Origin: Eukaryota sp. TZLM1-RC
Taxonomy: Eukaryota > Protista > Metamonada: BaSk clade
Assembly (NCBI GenBank): GCA_040285825.1
Contig: JAUPSS010000001.1
Coordinates: 2,914,001-2,978,000, forward strand
DNA length: 64,000 nt
Direction: 5' to 3'
Positions 1 to 14,616 of the stretch are shown here, piece after piece. The notes beneath the pieces are model-generated. The model saw nothing but the letters and a program-made list of their open reading frames with translations. It did no database searches and was not told where the DNA came from. The position numbers and the translations under genes were made by a program. The first letter of the stretch is position 1. Every line of letters starts with the position of its first letter.

Positions 1-3424
<3,424 letters not shown>

Positions 3425-3619
3425 TTCTTGTAATTTAAATTTAATAAACTTTGTTAAATTCTTTCTGTTGTTCAATGTTTTCTGTAACATAGATACATTG
3501 ATGAACCTATTCAATGAACCAACTCAGTCAGTGGCGGTTTATTGAACAGGTTTAAATTTAAACAATTAATTTTTTAGCTCATTGTGAACATATCTTTATT
3601 GTTTATCGCAACTACTCAA

Positions 3620-4220
3620 ATTGCTGAACATAAAAACTCGAGTGCAGTTTTGGCATCTAAATATTTTATAGATCCAAAGGACAAGGAGTAACTTTCAACT
3701 TTCAATAGTGCACCTTACCTCTTCAATTTGAATTAGATCATTTGTCCAGTGATATCTGGATTCAGTGTTTTCCTCAGAAATTCCCAACCGATCACTCCCA
3801 AGTTTACGTTTTTGACTGAAAAAGCTTCAGCACAATCTGGTTAAGTTATATGAAAGCATGGATTATGAAGTAAAACTTGGCTTGGCCAAAACTGAAAATC
3901 CCGCTTTCGGTAATTTTTTAAAGGATATTCACAAGTTCTGCTGTTGCTTTAGTAACTCAAATTCCCTTGTTTATGGATTTTTGTTAAACAACAATGCGTT
4001 TTGGTTGTTTTCTATGGCCAAACAATTTGCCCAATCATTTAACATGTAAATGTGGTAAACCTCTTTTGTTTACTCATCTTTTGAACTGTAAACATTTCAT
4101 TACATTTAGAAGTAAAGTGCATAATAATGTTAGGGACCAAATTTTTGTAATGTGTAAATCATATCGAGTAGATTCCTTTTTAGAGCCGCTGTTATCAAAA
4201 TTAATTCTTGATGATCCCAT
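3620..4220 (+). mobile_element. Degraded CRE-like fragment, family B (zinc motif region before RLE)
   Basis: CKCGKPLLFTHLLNC..VHNNVRD..FLEPLL; 4060-4218 nearly identical to 6008-6165. Confidence 0.75.
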
Positions 4221-4729
4221 CATAGTACGCGCGTAAGGTAAAAGTACAACCCAAACGACAAGACCATTTTATCCTCAAAGAGTATCCCTATTATTTAAGG
4301 TTTGTTCTTTTAATCATGATTGCTGTGTTGTGTCTAATGTTTTCGATTAAAGTTTTGATTGCTTCCTGAGTGACGGTTTGTAGATTTGTAAATAATTCGT
4401 TGTAAATGACAGTGGAAAATAAAATTCAAGTTTTATTAATGTAGTTAATTAATTGCATTGTTATGTTTTATAATTTTATTTTATTTTATTTCTGTAGCTG
4501 TTTTTTCAAATCAGGAATGAATGTTTATTTTGTAGATACCAACGAATGCTTGGTGAATAGGTCACACAGCATCTGCCAATGCACACAATCCAGAGCCCTG
4601 GACTCCAGAGGGTAAGCAAAAGTTGATAGATAACGGGTACCATAATAGGAATACAAATAACAAAAATGAAAACTTGGTTTGTCTTAAATAATGTTTTTTT
4701 TGAATTTATTTATTTATTAGAAAACTTTT

Positions 4730-5875
4730 AAATCAACCTCTGATTAATCCATCCCTCCCAAAACAAAACAACTAGATGCAACTCTCTCATAGTGAGATCC
4801 AAGAGAAATCAAAGCATCAGAAACCATCTTCAACATCCCCTTAGAAATAGAAAACACAATTCTATTTTGCCAAAACAATCTGTTGAAATTCCCGTTAGTT
4901 CTTCTCTTTACAATCATTTCAAAATCTGCAAAAAAACGTATAACCGTGGGAGAAAGTGAATTAAATAGAGAAAATACAAATAAATACAAATTGTATTTTG
5001 CATGCTGTTGGCTGGACAATTTGGATAAAGGTTTTTTTTGAACATTCAGTCTTTTATTCAACAACAAATATGAAATACACAATTAAAACTCCACATCCTC
5101 AAAACCTGCCTCCCCTACATCAAAACAATTAATTGCTAAAGATTCAGAAAATTTCCCAAAAGAAGATAGTGAATCAGAAATTAGTTTTACCATTCCCTTA
5201 AAAATAGAAAATACAATCCTGTTTTGCCAGTAAACACGATTGAAAATTCTTCCAGTTCTTTCCTTTACAACTACAACAAAATCCTCAAGGAAAGCCATAG
5301 CAGCCTTACCTAGAGATCCAAGCAAAGAAAAAACAAAGGGACATAAATTATATTGGGCATGAGAATTTTCATTAACCGAGGAAATGGGTTTCGCATATTT
5401 AGCAATTTTATATTTTTCGCCTGCAAGAAGAGGATTATTTACATCCGAGTTAATGAGATGTTCGTTAGAGGAATTACAAGGGTCAATAGACATGGCGTCC
5501 AAAATAGTAAAACTACCATTTAAACCAGGAACAACTAGATCACCTCTTGTCAGACCCATAGAAGCTCTGTTGTAACACGTACTATCAATATTTGGATAAA
5601 GGTTGATTGTATTTTTTGATTTTGCAATTTTCAGCATTTGAAAGAGGATTATGAATTTCAAAATTAGCAAGCTTTTCATTTGAGGCATTACAAGGATCAA
5701 CAGACATTACATCCAATAAAATGAAGATTCCGTCTAATCCAGGTAATATGACATCACCTCTATTCTTAAGAAAATCATCTTCAGTAACAAACAGATTTGA
5801 CAACAGAGGTTCAAAAAAGGATTCAATTCTACGAGACTTACACATACAATCTAATTGATGTCTCAAATATATTTA
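4730..5875 (-). mobile_element. CRE-like RLE 3' fragment, family D, split by a family B stub
   Basis: 5590-5866 reads EPLL..RGDVILPG..LLDVMSVDP..KIKKYNQPLSK and resumes near 5030 as PLSKLSSQQHAKYNL..FWQNRIVF; homologous to 57345-57860. Confidence 0.8.
5034..5589 (-). mobile_element. 5'-truncated family B RLE stub with poly(A) tail and 15-bp TSD
   Basis: RGDLVVPG..ILDAMSIDP..EKYKIAKY..PFVFSLLG; T-run 5032-5039; direct repeat ATTTGGATAAAGGTT at 5019-5033 and 5590-5604. Confidence 0.88.
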
Positions 5876-6007
5876 AATTATTATGTGCTTGACGGTAGAT
5901 TTAACTAAAGTGTTAAATAAGACTACCTGAATAGCTTGTCTTAACCTCTTAAATAGTCCACCTCAATAAGATTGTTCGAAATGGAAAAAACAACGTTCAT
6001 TCTGATC

Positions 6008-6700
6008 CTCTTTTGTTTACTCATCTTTTGAACTGTAAACATTTCATTACATTTAGAAGCAAAGTGCATAATAATGTCAGGGACCAAATTTATGTAATGT
6101 GCAAATCATATTGAGTAGATTCCTTTTTAGAGCCGTTGTTATCAAAATTAATTCTTGATGACCCCAATATTGATGGTACGCGTTACAACAGAGCTTCTAT
6201 GGGTCTGGTAAGAGGTGATTTGGTTGTTCCCGGCTTATATGGTAGTTTTACTATTTTAGACGCCATGTCCATTGACCCTTGTAATTCTTCTAACGAATAT
6301 TTCATTAACTCAGATGTAAATAATCCTCTTCTTGCTGGCGAAAAATATAAAATTGCTAAACACACGAAATCTATTTCTTCTGTAAATGAAAATTCTACTG
6401 TCCAAAATAATTTATGTCCCTTTGTTTTTTCCTTGCTTGGATCATTAGGTAAGGCTGTTATGGCTTTTCTTGAGGATTTTGTTGTAGTTGTAAAGGCAAT
6501 AACTGGAAGAATTTTCAATCGTGTATACTGCCAAAACAGGATTGTATTTTCTATTTTTAAGAAAACTGGTGAAATTAATTTCTGATTCACTCTCTTCTTT
6601 TGGGAAGTTTTCTGAATCTTTAGTAATTAATCAATTGTTTTGGTGTAGGTGAAGCAGATTTAGAGGATGTGTAGTTTTAGTTGTATATTTCATGTTTTCA
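6008..6700 (+). mobile_element. Family B RLE 3' fragment
   Basis: ORF 6136-6585 closely matches the 5083-5589 RLE, opposite orientation. Confidence 0.85.
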
Positions 6701-6995
6701 TATTCCCTATTAGATAAAGTAACAATTTCAACACACCTTTAGAAATAATACAAAAAACTACTTATTTCTGCCGATAGTCTTCCGTTAATAGAAAATGGAA
6801 TAACAATAAAAACAACTGTTTCTATCAGTATTAGCACCTTCTATATCTTTGTCATATGTTCTATGTTTTTCATTCGCTTTCTATTCCGGAAATTTCAGAG
6901 GATTAAGTTACTTTCTTTGAACCAAAGTGTCATTTGTTTTATAACAAAAGAAAAAACCAACAATGACTTCAAAATTTTCATTCCAATCACAGTAA

Positions 6996-7185
6996 TAGAT
7001 TACTAATAATTACTAATAATAGATTTATTATTAATAGATTACCTCGGTTTTTCAATCGAATAAGAGAAGCTTTAGCTAGACAGCAAGCAGATCAAGATTT
7101 TGTAGAGGAAATCATGGTTCAATGATAGTCGTCCCATTAGTTATGAGTTAATTTAATTAAGTGTGCAAATTCAATAAATAAAAGT
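6996..7185 (+). mobile_element. Family A 3' stub inserted in an older minus-strand family A-like fragment (about 6790-7230)
   Basis: Matches 3' end of the 14.6-17.9 kb element; flanked by AATCACAGTAA at 6985-6995 and 7186-7196. Confidence 0.8.
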
Positions 7186-7888
7186 AATCACAGTAAATGT
7201 CACTTCTGTCATCAGCACCAAACTTGTTCATAAGCAATCATTTTATTGGATGTAATGTCTTTTGACCCTTGTAATGTGTCAAATGAAAGGTTTGCTTATT
7301 CTGAAATTCATAATCCTCTTTCAAAAGATTTAAATCTCGAAATCGATAATACAATGAACTTTAGTCCGAATTGTCTTCCCAACAGCATGTAAAATCCCAC
7401 CTTTGGTAATTTTTTAAAAATCATTCGCTGCTGCTTTAGCATTTCAAAAAAAGAATCAATGTCAGCAACAATATTGTATGGAAGAAATCTTGGAAAAAAA
7501 CTGATTTTTGGAAGAAATCTTGGTTCACTGATTTTTGCACCATTAGATATGAGATAACCTTAAGTGTTGATGTTCAAAAACTTATGGTTTTTTCAGTAAT
7601 TAACTATTTTGATGTTGAAGTGAAGGTCGTGAGGGTGTGGAACTTCAGTTGTGTATTTGATATTTCTATTTCTAGTCGTTCTTTAATAAAAAAGGTCAGA
7701 AAAGTAAAATGTTTATAGTTGTCACACTTGGGCCAAACATCATCTTCCAGCAAGTTGGATGGTATTCACTGAATGAACCCAAATCTGCAATGAAATAATA
7801 CAATTTATAATTACAAATTTATAATGACTGTACAAAATTCAGAAAACATAGTAGTTAATGAAAAAATGAAACGCAAAAGTCAAGTAAA

Positions 7889-10800
7889 TTACAAGTTACC
7901 TAGAAGTTGTTCAAAAGCAAGGTCGAAATTATTACTAAACCTACGTAAAGCAGCTTCAGCCTTCCTTTCCTGAAATCCCATGCCCATTAATTTGGTTAAT
8001 TTTGCTTCGTCTGGGTGTAAACAACTACGTCCTGGGAAAGCAGAAGCACTCCTAGACTTGTGTGAAGAAGTTCTATGGTGATCAGCACGGGCAGAGAGTG
8101 AACCAGAAGATTCTACTGATCTTCCGTGTCTTTTGAAACCACTTTCGAATCTATTTGAGCTAGGACTATGTGTGTGATAAATGTCACCTGAACGTACATC
8201 AACTCTTTTTGGTTGAGAAGCAGTGGTGGGTCGCAGGTAAGATGGAGTACTTGAATCTCTATAATCTCTAGGGCTAACTGATGGTGACGGGAGTGATGGA
8301 GAAGGCCGGGTAGGTTTCACATCAGTTGACTTAATTTTAGCGGTTGGAGATAGACTTGCACCCCTTTCAGTGCGTAAAGTTGGGCTCTTAGTGGTAGATG
8401 AATTAGACTGATAGGACGGAGAAGATCTGGAAGAGAGGTGGCCAGTGGTGAAAGGCTCGGCATGATCAATTGTGGAAGTTCTAGAATGCTTGAATTGACT
8501 GAATCTTGCAAGCCAATCAGCCGCTTGATCAATGTCACCTCTGAACCATCGTAACTTTGCTTCGGCATCCTTTGCATCAAAGCCCATCTCTACTAGTTTC
8601 TGGACTTTGGGGTCACTGTGGACCGGATGACTTGTTGGAGTGGATTCCACTAAGGGTGATTGTTGAGGAGATTTTAATTTGGATGAACGATGGTTAGGTG
8701 GTGATGGACTGGATCTCTGGGGTTCATTGTTTTGCGATTTTACTACATCTCCAGCTGGCTGCAAAAGGCTTCTTGTACTATCTTGACTAACAGAACTAGT
8801 TTCAGCTGACAGAGATGGGCTTTTAACTTCTTTAGAACGCAAAGTGGTTGAGACACCACGAGGAGCCATGTATTGAATCGCCCGTTCAACATCATTGTTA
8901 CATATGGCTAGCACTCGTTCAGCACGTTTCACTTCGTATCCCATTTCAACAAACTTCACAATATTAGGGTTAGAATGATGGACTGATTTATCCTGGGTGG
9001 ATGGTGAAGAAGATTGCTCTGGGACTCTCTCTGCTGCTGGGTAGTGCTGACTGGGTTTTCCTTGTTCAAGATTCCTACTTGAAGACTTTAGCGTAGAGTC
9101 CCCAGAACGAGAAGAACGTTGAGTTTTGGAACTCTTTAACTTTTCCAGTTGTACCAGATAGTCAACCGCTAGTTCTACATTATTATGGCACTTTTGTAAA
9201 GCACGTTCAGCAAGTTTAGAATCAAACCCCATGTTGATCATGTCTTGAACCTTTGGGTTTTGGTGTTGCTGATGAGCAGAATCTAATCCAAGCTGGTCTT
9301 GGTTCTTTTGCTTTGAATCATGTGAGGCTTGAGCAACAGCCTCATCGAATCTTTGGGAAGCTGTCTTGGTTTGTGGTGGAGGTTGGGTGTGGGATGATCT
9401 GGAGTTGGAAGGCTCAGTCACTGATGATTCCTCTTGTGCCTTTGATAAACTTAATTGAGGTGGAGTAGTTTCCTGAGCAACGTCTGTATCTCGAACATCA
9501 TCCATATTCTCCAAATGTGGTACATCTTCGGTAGGTGGTTTTGCAGCTCTTTCCTCTAGTAATTTGCTACCCTGGCCAATAGCTGGTCTAGATCCTTCAT
9601 TGTCAAAGTTGAAGAAGTTCTTTAATCTGGGTCTTGGAACAGATGCAGACCTACGAGCAAGTCCAAAGGTTCTAAACTTGAAATCAACCTCAATTGGATT
9701 GGGTTTGGTTGCCTCTTCTTTTCGTTCAGTTTCCCCACTGGTTTTGTCACTCTTCTTGGCTGTTTCTGAATTACTTGACTTGGGTTCTGATGATTCACTT
9801 TTGCCATATGAAATTTGGTGACTGGAGTCGGCATCACGTTCTGCTGTATCACTCACTGTACGCTCATGAGAAGTACTATCAACCTGATTCGAGTCTTGAT
9901 TAGCCGGCACGGAGACTTCAGGAACGTAATCAGAAGGAATTTTGTCCTCAGTTTCAGATTCGGTCTTCTTTTGATGTTGAATTGAAGATTGATTAATTTG
10001 TTGTTTTGGTTGGTCTTCAACAGATTTCTTCTGACTTTCCTTGACTTTTTGATTACTGACCGTTTGAGAAGAGGCTTGAGACTGTTGAGCAGCTAATCGT
10101 CGTCTCCGTTCCTCTAATTGTTGATCTACTGATGGATTTGTTCTTGGTTCAAGAGTAGTCTTTGTTTTTGGTGTAGTTGAAGGGAGTTTGACGAAATATT
10201 CATCCTCTTCATTGGAGCTACTGTCAGTATGGTCACTATCAGTGATTTTCAACAGATCAAAATCATGGGAAGTATCTGATTTTAATGACGACCGCTCACT
10301 ATTATCATCCTCAACCATGGCAGGTATCTGATCTGCTGGAGATTTTACATCAGGATCAGGTTGTGAAAACTTGGGGTTCATAACGTAAAACATGAAATTG
10401 CACAAAGTTGGCTTGAGTTCTTCAAAATTAACCAATGGTGAAATGATTTCGTTCAATTGAGTGAAGGTGAATTTTTCAAAATTAAAGGAGTTTAAGCAGT
10501 TGTCGAAAAAATCAACATTCCAATCAGAATCTTCTTGACTTTGAGAGGAACTATAAGATTTAACCAAAGTTCTTAACAACCAGTAATCACTATCAAATTG
10601 ATTGATATTGATCTGATTAATTTGATTAAAGGTACTCGATGTTAAAGACAGAGATGGAGCATTTCTTATGGCAAACTTTGGTAAAAATTTAGCAAGTTCC
10701 GTGCAATTTAGACTATTTACATTTGCCAAATCAATTGTTTCCAACAACCATTGAGGGTCCTTATTGCGATCTTGAACCTCAGCAAAGCACTTAATGGAAA

Positions 10801-11914
10801 AGTTAACCAGTAATTGAGCTAAAGATTGGTTAGTTTTCAATGGAACCAATAATTCTGAATAAAGAAATTTGAGAGGAATTTGTTTGACTTTCAGTAAATC
10901 TAATACTGCAGAGATTTGGTTAAAACTAAAGTCTTTTCTGGTTGAATTGGACAAGATTAAGCTTTTGATTAACCATTGGACATGTTTTTTTGACTTCAAT
11001 TGACCTGATAATTCAATAATTGTCACAGGTTTTAGGACCAAACTTTCACGTTCTCCAAGATCAAAAATGCTAGGAATGTGCTTGACCAAGTCCTTAATAC
11101 GATCAAACTCTACCCGATCTCCCTGAATTAACAACGAGAAACACAATTCATTTCTAACAATGCATGGTTTAGTAAAATGTAATAAAAGATCAAGAGAGAA
11201 ATTCAACAGAACCAATGTTAATTCACCAAACTCCCCTAATTTTTGAATTAATTCCCTCCATATAAAATCAATGTCCATTTGTCTAATCAAATCAATCAAG
11301 TTTCTAAGAATCACATCAACTTGTTCAGGGGTAACATCACCATCTTTAAAAGACTCCACTAGACATTTTAACAACCATTTCGCTGCATCAACTGTTTGTA
11401 AGTGGTTTGAAAGTACCTCCAAAGCCTCCTCATTGAGAGATATGGTACTGTCAAATGAAATATTATCTATCAGTGGTGATATCTTCGTAATAAACGTAAA
11501 ATGACCAACCTCATTAGCACGATGAACGACGTGAAGTAGGGCGGGAGCTGGGAGTTTCTCGATAAAAGAGAAAGCATGAGAGACAATTCCTTGAGCCTCA
11601 TAATACTCAGCTAGATAGTACAGGTCAAATACATTTTGTTCAGTAAAAGCCAAAGGTTGGCAGTAGAGACTATCAAGAAATTGCTGGAACAAATCAATAC
11701 TGATATGATGTTCATGAAGTTTGATATGTGACATGTCTTTCTCCTCAGCAAAAGAAGAACAGAACATTTTGAAGAGATATTTAGAGAATGCCGATACCAC
11801 TACTCGATGTACAGAGAAGTTTTGCCCTTTGTATTCAAGAACTACGTCATAGAACTCACGGGATTGGTATAGTGTGGAGACGAGATCTGTTGGCGTATAC
11901 TGGAAGTGAGACAT
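7889..11914 (-). CDS. BTB/POZ + 4xUBA domain protein (1341 aa)
   Basis: N-terminal FYDVVL..FSVHRVVVSAFSKYL (BTB); four UBA motifs with MGF/MGY loops (MINMGF, FVEMGY, LVEMGF, LMGMGF) in Ser/Pro/Gln-rich linkers. Confidence 0.88.
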   Translation of the reverse strand: MSHFQYTPTDLVSTLYQSREFYDVVLEYKGQNFSVHRVVVSAFSKYLFKMFCSSFAEEKDMSHIKLHEHHISIDLFQQFLDSLYCQPLAFTEQNVFDLYYLAEYYEAQGIVSHAFSFIEKLPAPALLHVVHRANEVGHFTFITKISPLIDNISFDSTISLNEEALEVLSNHLQTVDAAKWLLKCLVESFKDGDVTPEQVDVILRNLIDLIRQMDIDFIWRELIQKLGEFGELTLVLLNFSLDLLLHFTKPCIVRNELCFSLLIQGDRVEFDRIKDLVKHIPSIFDLGERESLVLKPVTIIELSGQLKSKKHVQWLIKSLILSNSTRKDFSFNQISAVLDLLKVKQIPLKFLYSELLVPLKTNQSLAQLLVNFSIKCFAEVQDRNKDPQWLLETIDLANVNSLNCTELAKFLPKFAIRNAPSLSLTSSTFNQINQININQFDSDYWLLRTLVKSYSSSQSQEDSDWNVDFFDNCLNSFNFEKFTFTQLNEIISPLVNFEELKPTLCNFMFYVMNPKFSQPDPDVKSPADQIPAMVEDDNSERSSLKSDTSHDFDLLKITDSDHTDSSSNEEDEYFVKLPSTTPKTKTTLEPRTNPSVDQQLEERRRRLAAQQSQASSQTVSNQKVKESQKKSVEDQPKQQINQSSIQHQKKTESETEDKIPSDYVPEVSVPANQDSNQVDSTSHERTVSDTAERDADSSHQISYGKSESSEPKSSNSETAKKSDKTSGETERKEEATKPNPIEVDFKFRTFGLARRSASVPRPRLKNFFNFDNEGSRPAIGQGSKLLEERAAKPPTEDVPHLENMDDVRDTDVAQETTPPQLSLSKAQEESSVTEPSNSRSSHTQPPPQTKTASQRFDEAVAQASHDSKQKNQDQLGLDSAHQQHQNPKVQDMINMGFDSKLAERALQKCHNNVELAVDYLVQLEKLKSSKTQRSSRSGDSTLKSSSRNLEQGKPSQHYPAAERVPEQSSSPSTQDKSVHHSNPNIVKFVEMGYEVKRAERVLAICNNDVERAIQYMAPRGVSTTLRSKEVKSPSLSAETSSVSQDSTRSLLQPAGDVVKSQNNEPQRSSPSPPNHRSSKLKSPQQSPLVESTPTSHPVHSDPKVQKLVEMGFDAKDAEAKLRWFRGDIDQAADWLARFSQFKHSRTSTIDHAEPFTTGHLSSRSSPSYQSNSSTTKSPTLRTERGASLSPTAKIKSTDVKPTRPSPSLPSPSVSPRDYRDSSTPSYLRPTTASQPKRVDVRSGDIYHTHSPSSNRFESGFKRHGRSVESSGSLSARADHHRTSSHKSRSASAFPGRSCLHPDEAKLTKLMGMGFQERKAEAALRRFSNNFDLAFEQLLGNL

Positions 11915-13084
11915 TATAACGAAAATTTAGCACCTCCAATTACCACGTCAATTCCACTAATCCTCCCACCCACACATCTAAGCAGTCTATTCCTCTCTCT
12001 CTTCTTTTTTTATCTGTATTTCTAGCAGTATTTCTTGCTCGCCCCTGATTTAGCCTTTTTTTGGTTAAATCTTTTGTTTTAATTCAATCTAAAGTAACTT
12101 TTTGCAAAAAGCTCACATCTATTGTTTCCGTTGTGTGCAAAAGACAATTTCTTGTGGTTCCCAAGTTATTGGACTTTTGCAAAGAAAATAATTTTAAATA
12201 TCCTAATCATTTTTCAATTTGTATTGCTGAATTGATTCTCCAACATGGAGAATTAATTTTTTTGAAGTTTAAAAAATTTATTATTGAAATCATTTATAAG
12301 TAATGCCAATTAGAGTAGGATTTTCTATAGTTGGATCCATTACACCAACAATAGAATCATTAGCAAAATAGAGTACATTATTAAACAAATCTATAGAGGA
12401 ATGTCAGACTTGGATATTTAATTGTTCTGAACTCGTTGGTATTTGGCAGCCACAATTACAGAACCCAACTACAAGAATTTTATATTTTATTGTTGAAGAT
12501 TTATATTTCGGATGAAATGATTTATTTATTCTATTTATTTAATAAAAAAGCACTGTATCTAATATTCGTAAATGATAATCAACCACCAAAGTACATGCAA
12601 AGACCAAGAACTATGATTGACTGAGTCCAGAAGCCGTATATAAGCTAGAAATGCTAAAACAATGGTAAAGAAATAGTTTGAAATTCCTTTATACTCAATT
12701 CTGTTGTAGGAAAAATAAATTTTTTTTTCACTACGTTGCTTATTGATATATCGTAAAAATTTGTGTTTCTTAAACATCTGGTTATTTCGATAGATGGGGA
12801 GTACATGTAAATCGTGAAGCAGTTTCATTCCACATCTAGTGTTTTAGCAGAATATTGAGAAAGTTCATCTCGCAAATCTTTGACTGTTTGTTTTCACTAT
12901 TGATTGTAAACACGTATCTCTTCAGTTCTTTTTTTCCTGTAATTCAAACTTTTGCGTTTTAAATTCTTTTTTACGACGACCTTTGGTATACGTTTTTTCA
13001 ACATATTAATGTGCATTGGAAAAATAAAAATTCATTGGTATTGTTCCATGACTATATGTACAGACGTCATAATTGTTTATACTC

Positions 13085-14616
13085 TTCTCTCATGATGCCT
13101 GAATCTGCTTCTGCTCCCATTGGTGTCAAAATAAAAAAAACAGTGACCGCAATGCTGATGATACCCATCCACCCTCTTCCCTCTTCATTTTTGAACAAAA
13201 AAATTTCCTGATCAAACAAATAGTGAGAAGTAATTTTGTTATTCAAGTTGTGCAAGAGTTAAGGGACGCTTTCCTAAATGTTCACATTGTGGTGGGTCAA
13301 ACTTGTCCTACTCTGAAAGAAAAGAACTGTAACAAAATCAGAAAATAGAATAGTTGAATGGGGACAATCCGAGTGCAATAGATTCAATCAAAAATTTCTT
13401 CCGGAAGACACACTTCAAAACTCAACCAAAAACATTAACCAATGCCTTTTACCTACTCAAACCCCATCAATTGAATGATGGGAGGTTTTCGCTATTCATT
13501 TGCATAGCAACTTGCGTGTTAGAAAACTCCGTAATATTATTCAAAATGGAGAAAATAGATGCAAAGGAAATTTTAAGTAAGTAGAATTTGAAGATTTATC
13601 AATACGAATCCAACCAGTATCTTGCACAAAATGCACCACTCTAATTGCAATAATTTTTGCCTTTGTTCTCAAACGTTTTCTAGATCAATTATGTACAGGA
13701 AAATGAGCGAACCATATTCGCTGAAAATTTTTCAGTTCTTATTGTCCCCCTATTGAACACGATTATTAAGAAAACTGGACAGATTCAATTTTGGGTAAAT
13801 GCAAACGTCGTCAGGGAAGACAAGCAAATTTTTTGAAATTCAGGGTTTTAATAAAAAGTGGTCCAGTGCAAGAATGGAAAAAGAATTAATTCAAATTATT
13901 TTTGGTTTAGAAATCTCAAAAATAAAGTATAGATAAAGTAAGTTATATTTTTATTTATTTGTACTCAAACACAATCAAAACTCTGTCTTCAAAAACAGCA
14001 TCTGCTTTATCATCTCTCTTTGAGCTAAACCATCATTGTGATCAAAGGCTTCTTATTATTGGCCCTTTTCCCAGGAGGAGAGGTTACAGCCGAAGACCAA
14101 TCGGAGGTTGAGAAGATCTCGTACTTCTTCAAGATTGAAAATTGGAAGTGTGTATGGACCACAGCAAAAGAGTTGATATCAGTCATTCGAACATATCTGG
14201 CAAGTTGGATAATTGAAAGAAAATTGCGAGGAATGTTTACTTTGTTCACTATCCTTATGAAGAAATCAAATTTAATTTTTCATTTTAAAATGAGTCAAAG
14301 ATAAATAAAATTAAAATTAAAAAGAATAGAATAGAATAATAATTTAATTTATTTTGTCCCATACCTGTCCGGTGCCTTGTCTACTTTGAAACCAAGTCTT
14401 AAAACTCCCAAGAATGAAGTCTTTATAGACAAATCTAATGGACTTCCTAACCTTTCTTTAGATTGTTTCAAGGCTGCAATCCTATTTTTAGAAGATTGTC
14501 CTAATTTATCAACAAAATTTTCCAACAGAGTTTGAACAGCTCAGCTTGAAAAGACTGAAGAATTGAGATGTCCGCGATCAACAGCACTGGTGAAAAATTT
14601 AAAAATGCATTTTTGT
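13085..14616 (+). mobile_element. Old degraded family A-like element (5' half); continues at about 17952-18030 beyond the nested insertion
   Basis: MPESAS start resembles MPESVS; FAFVLKRFLDQLCTGK; FKAAI..EELR..TALVKNLKM; right flank resumes IFSACC. Confidence 0.75.

Noticed and set aside
13440-13535. U1/U5 snRNA-like signals (GCCTTTTAC, TTACCT, several hairpins)
   Set aside because: Lies within a degraded retroelement ORF; no Sm site, no U1-70K loop, no stem around the U5-like loop.
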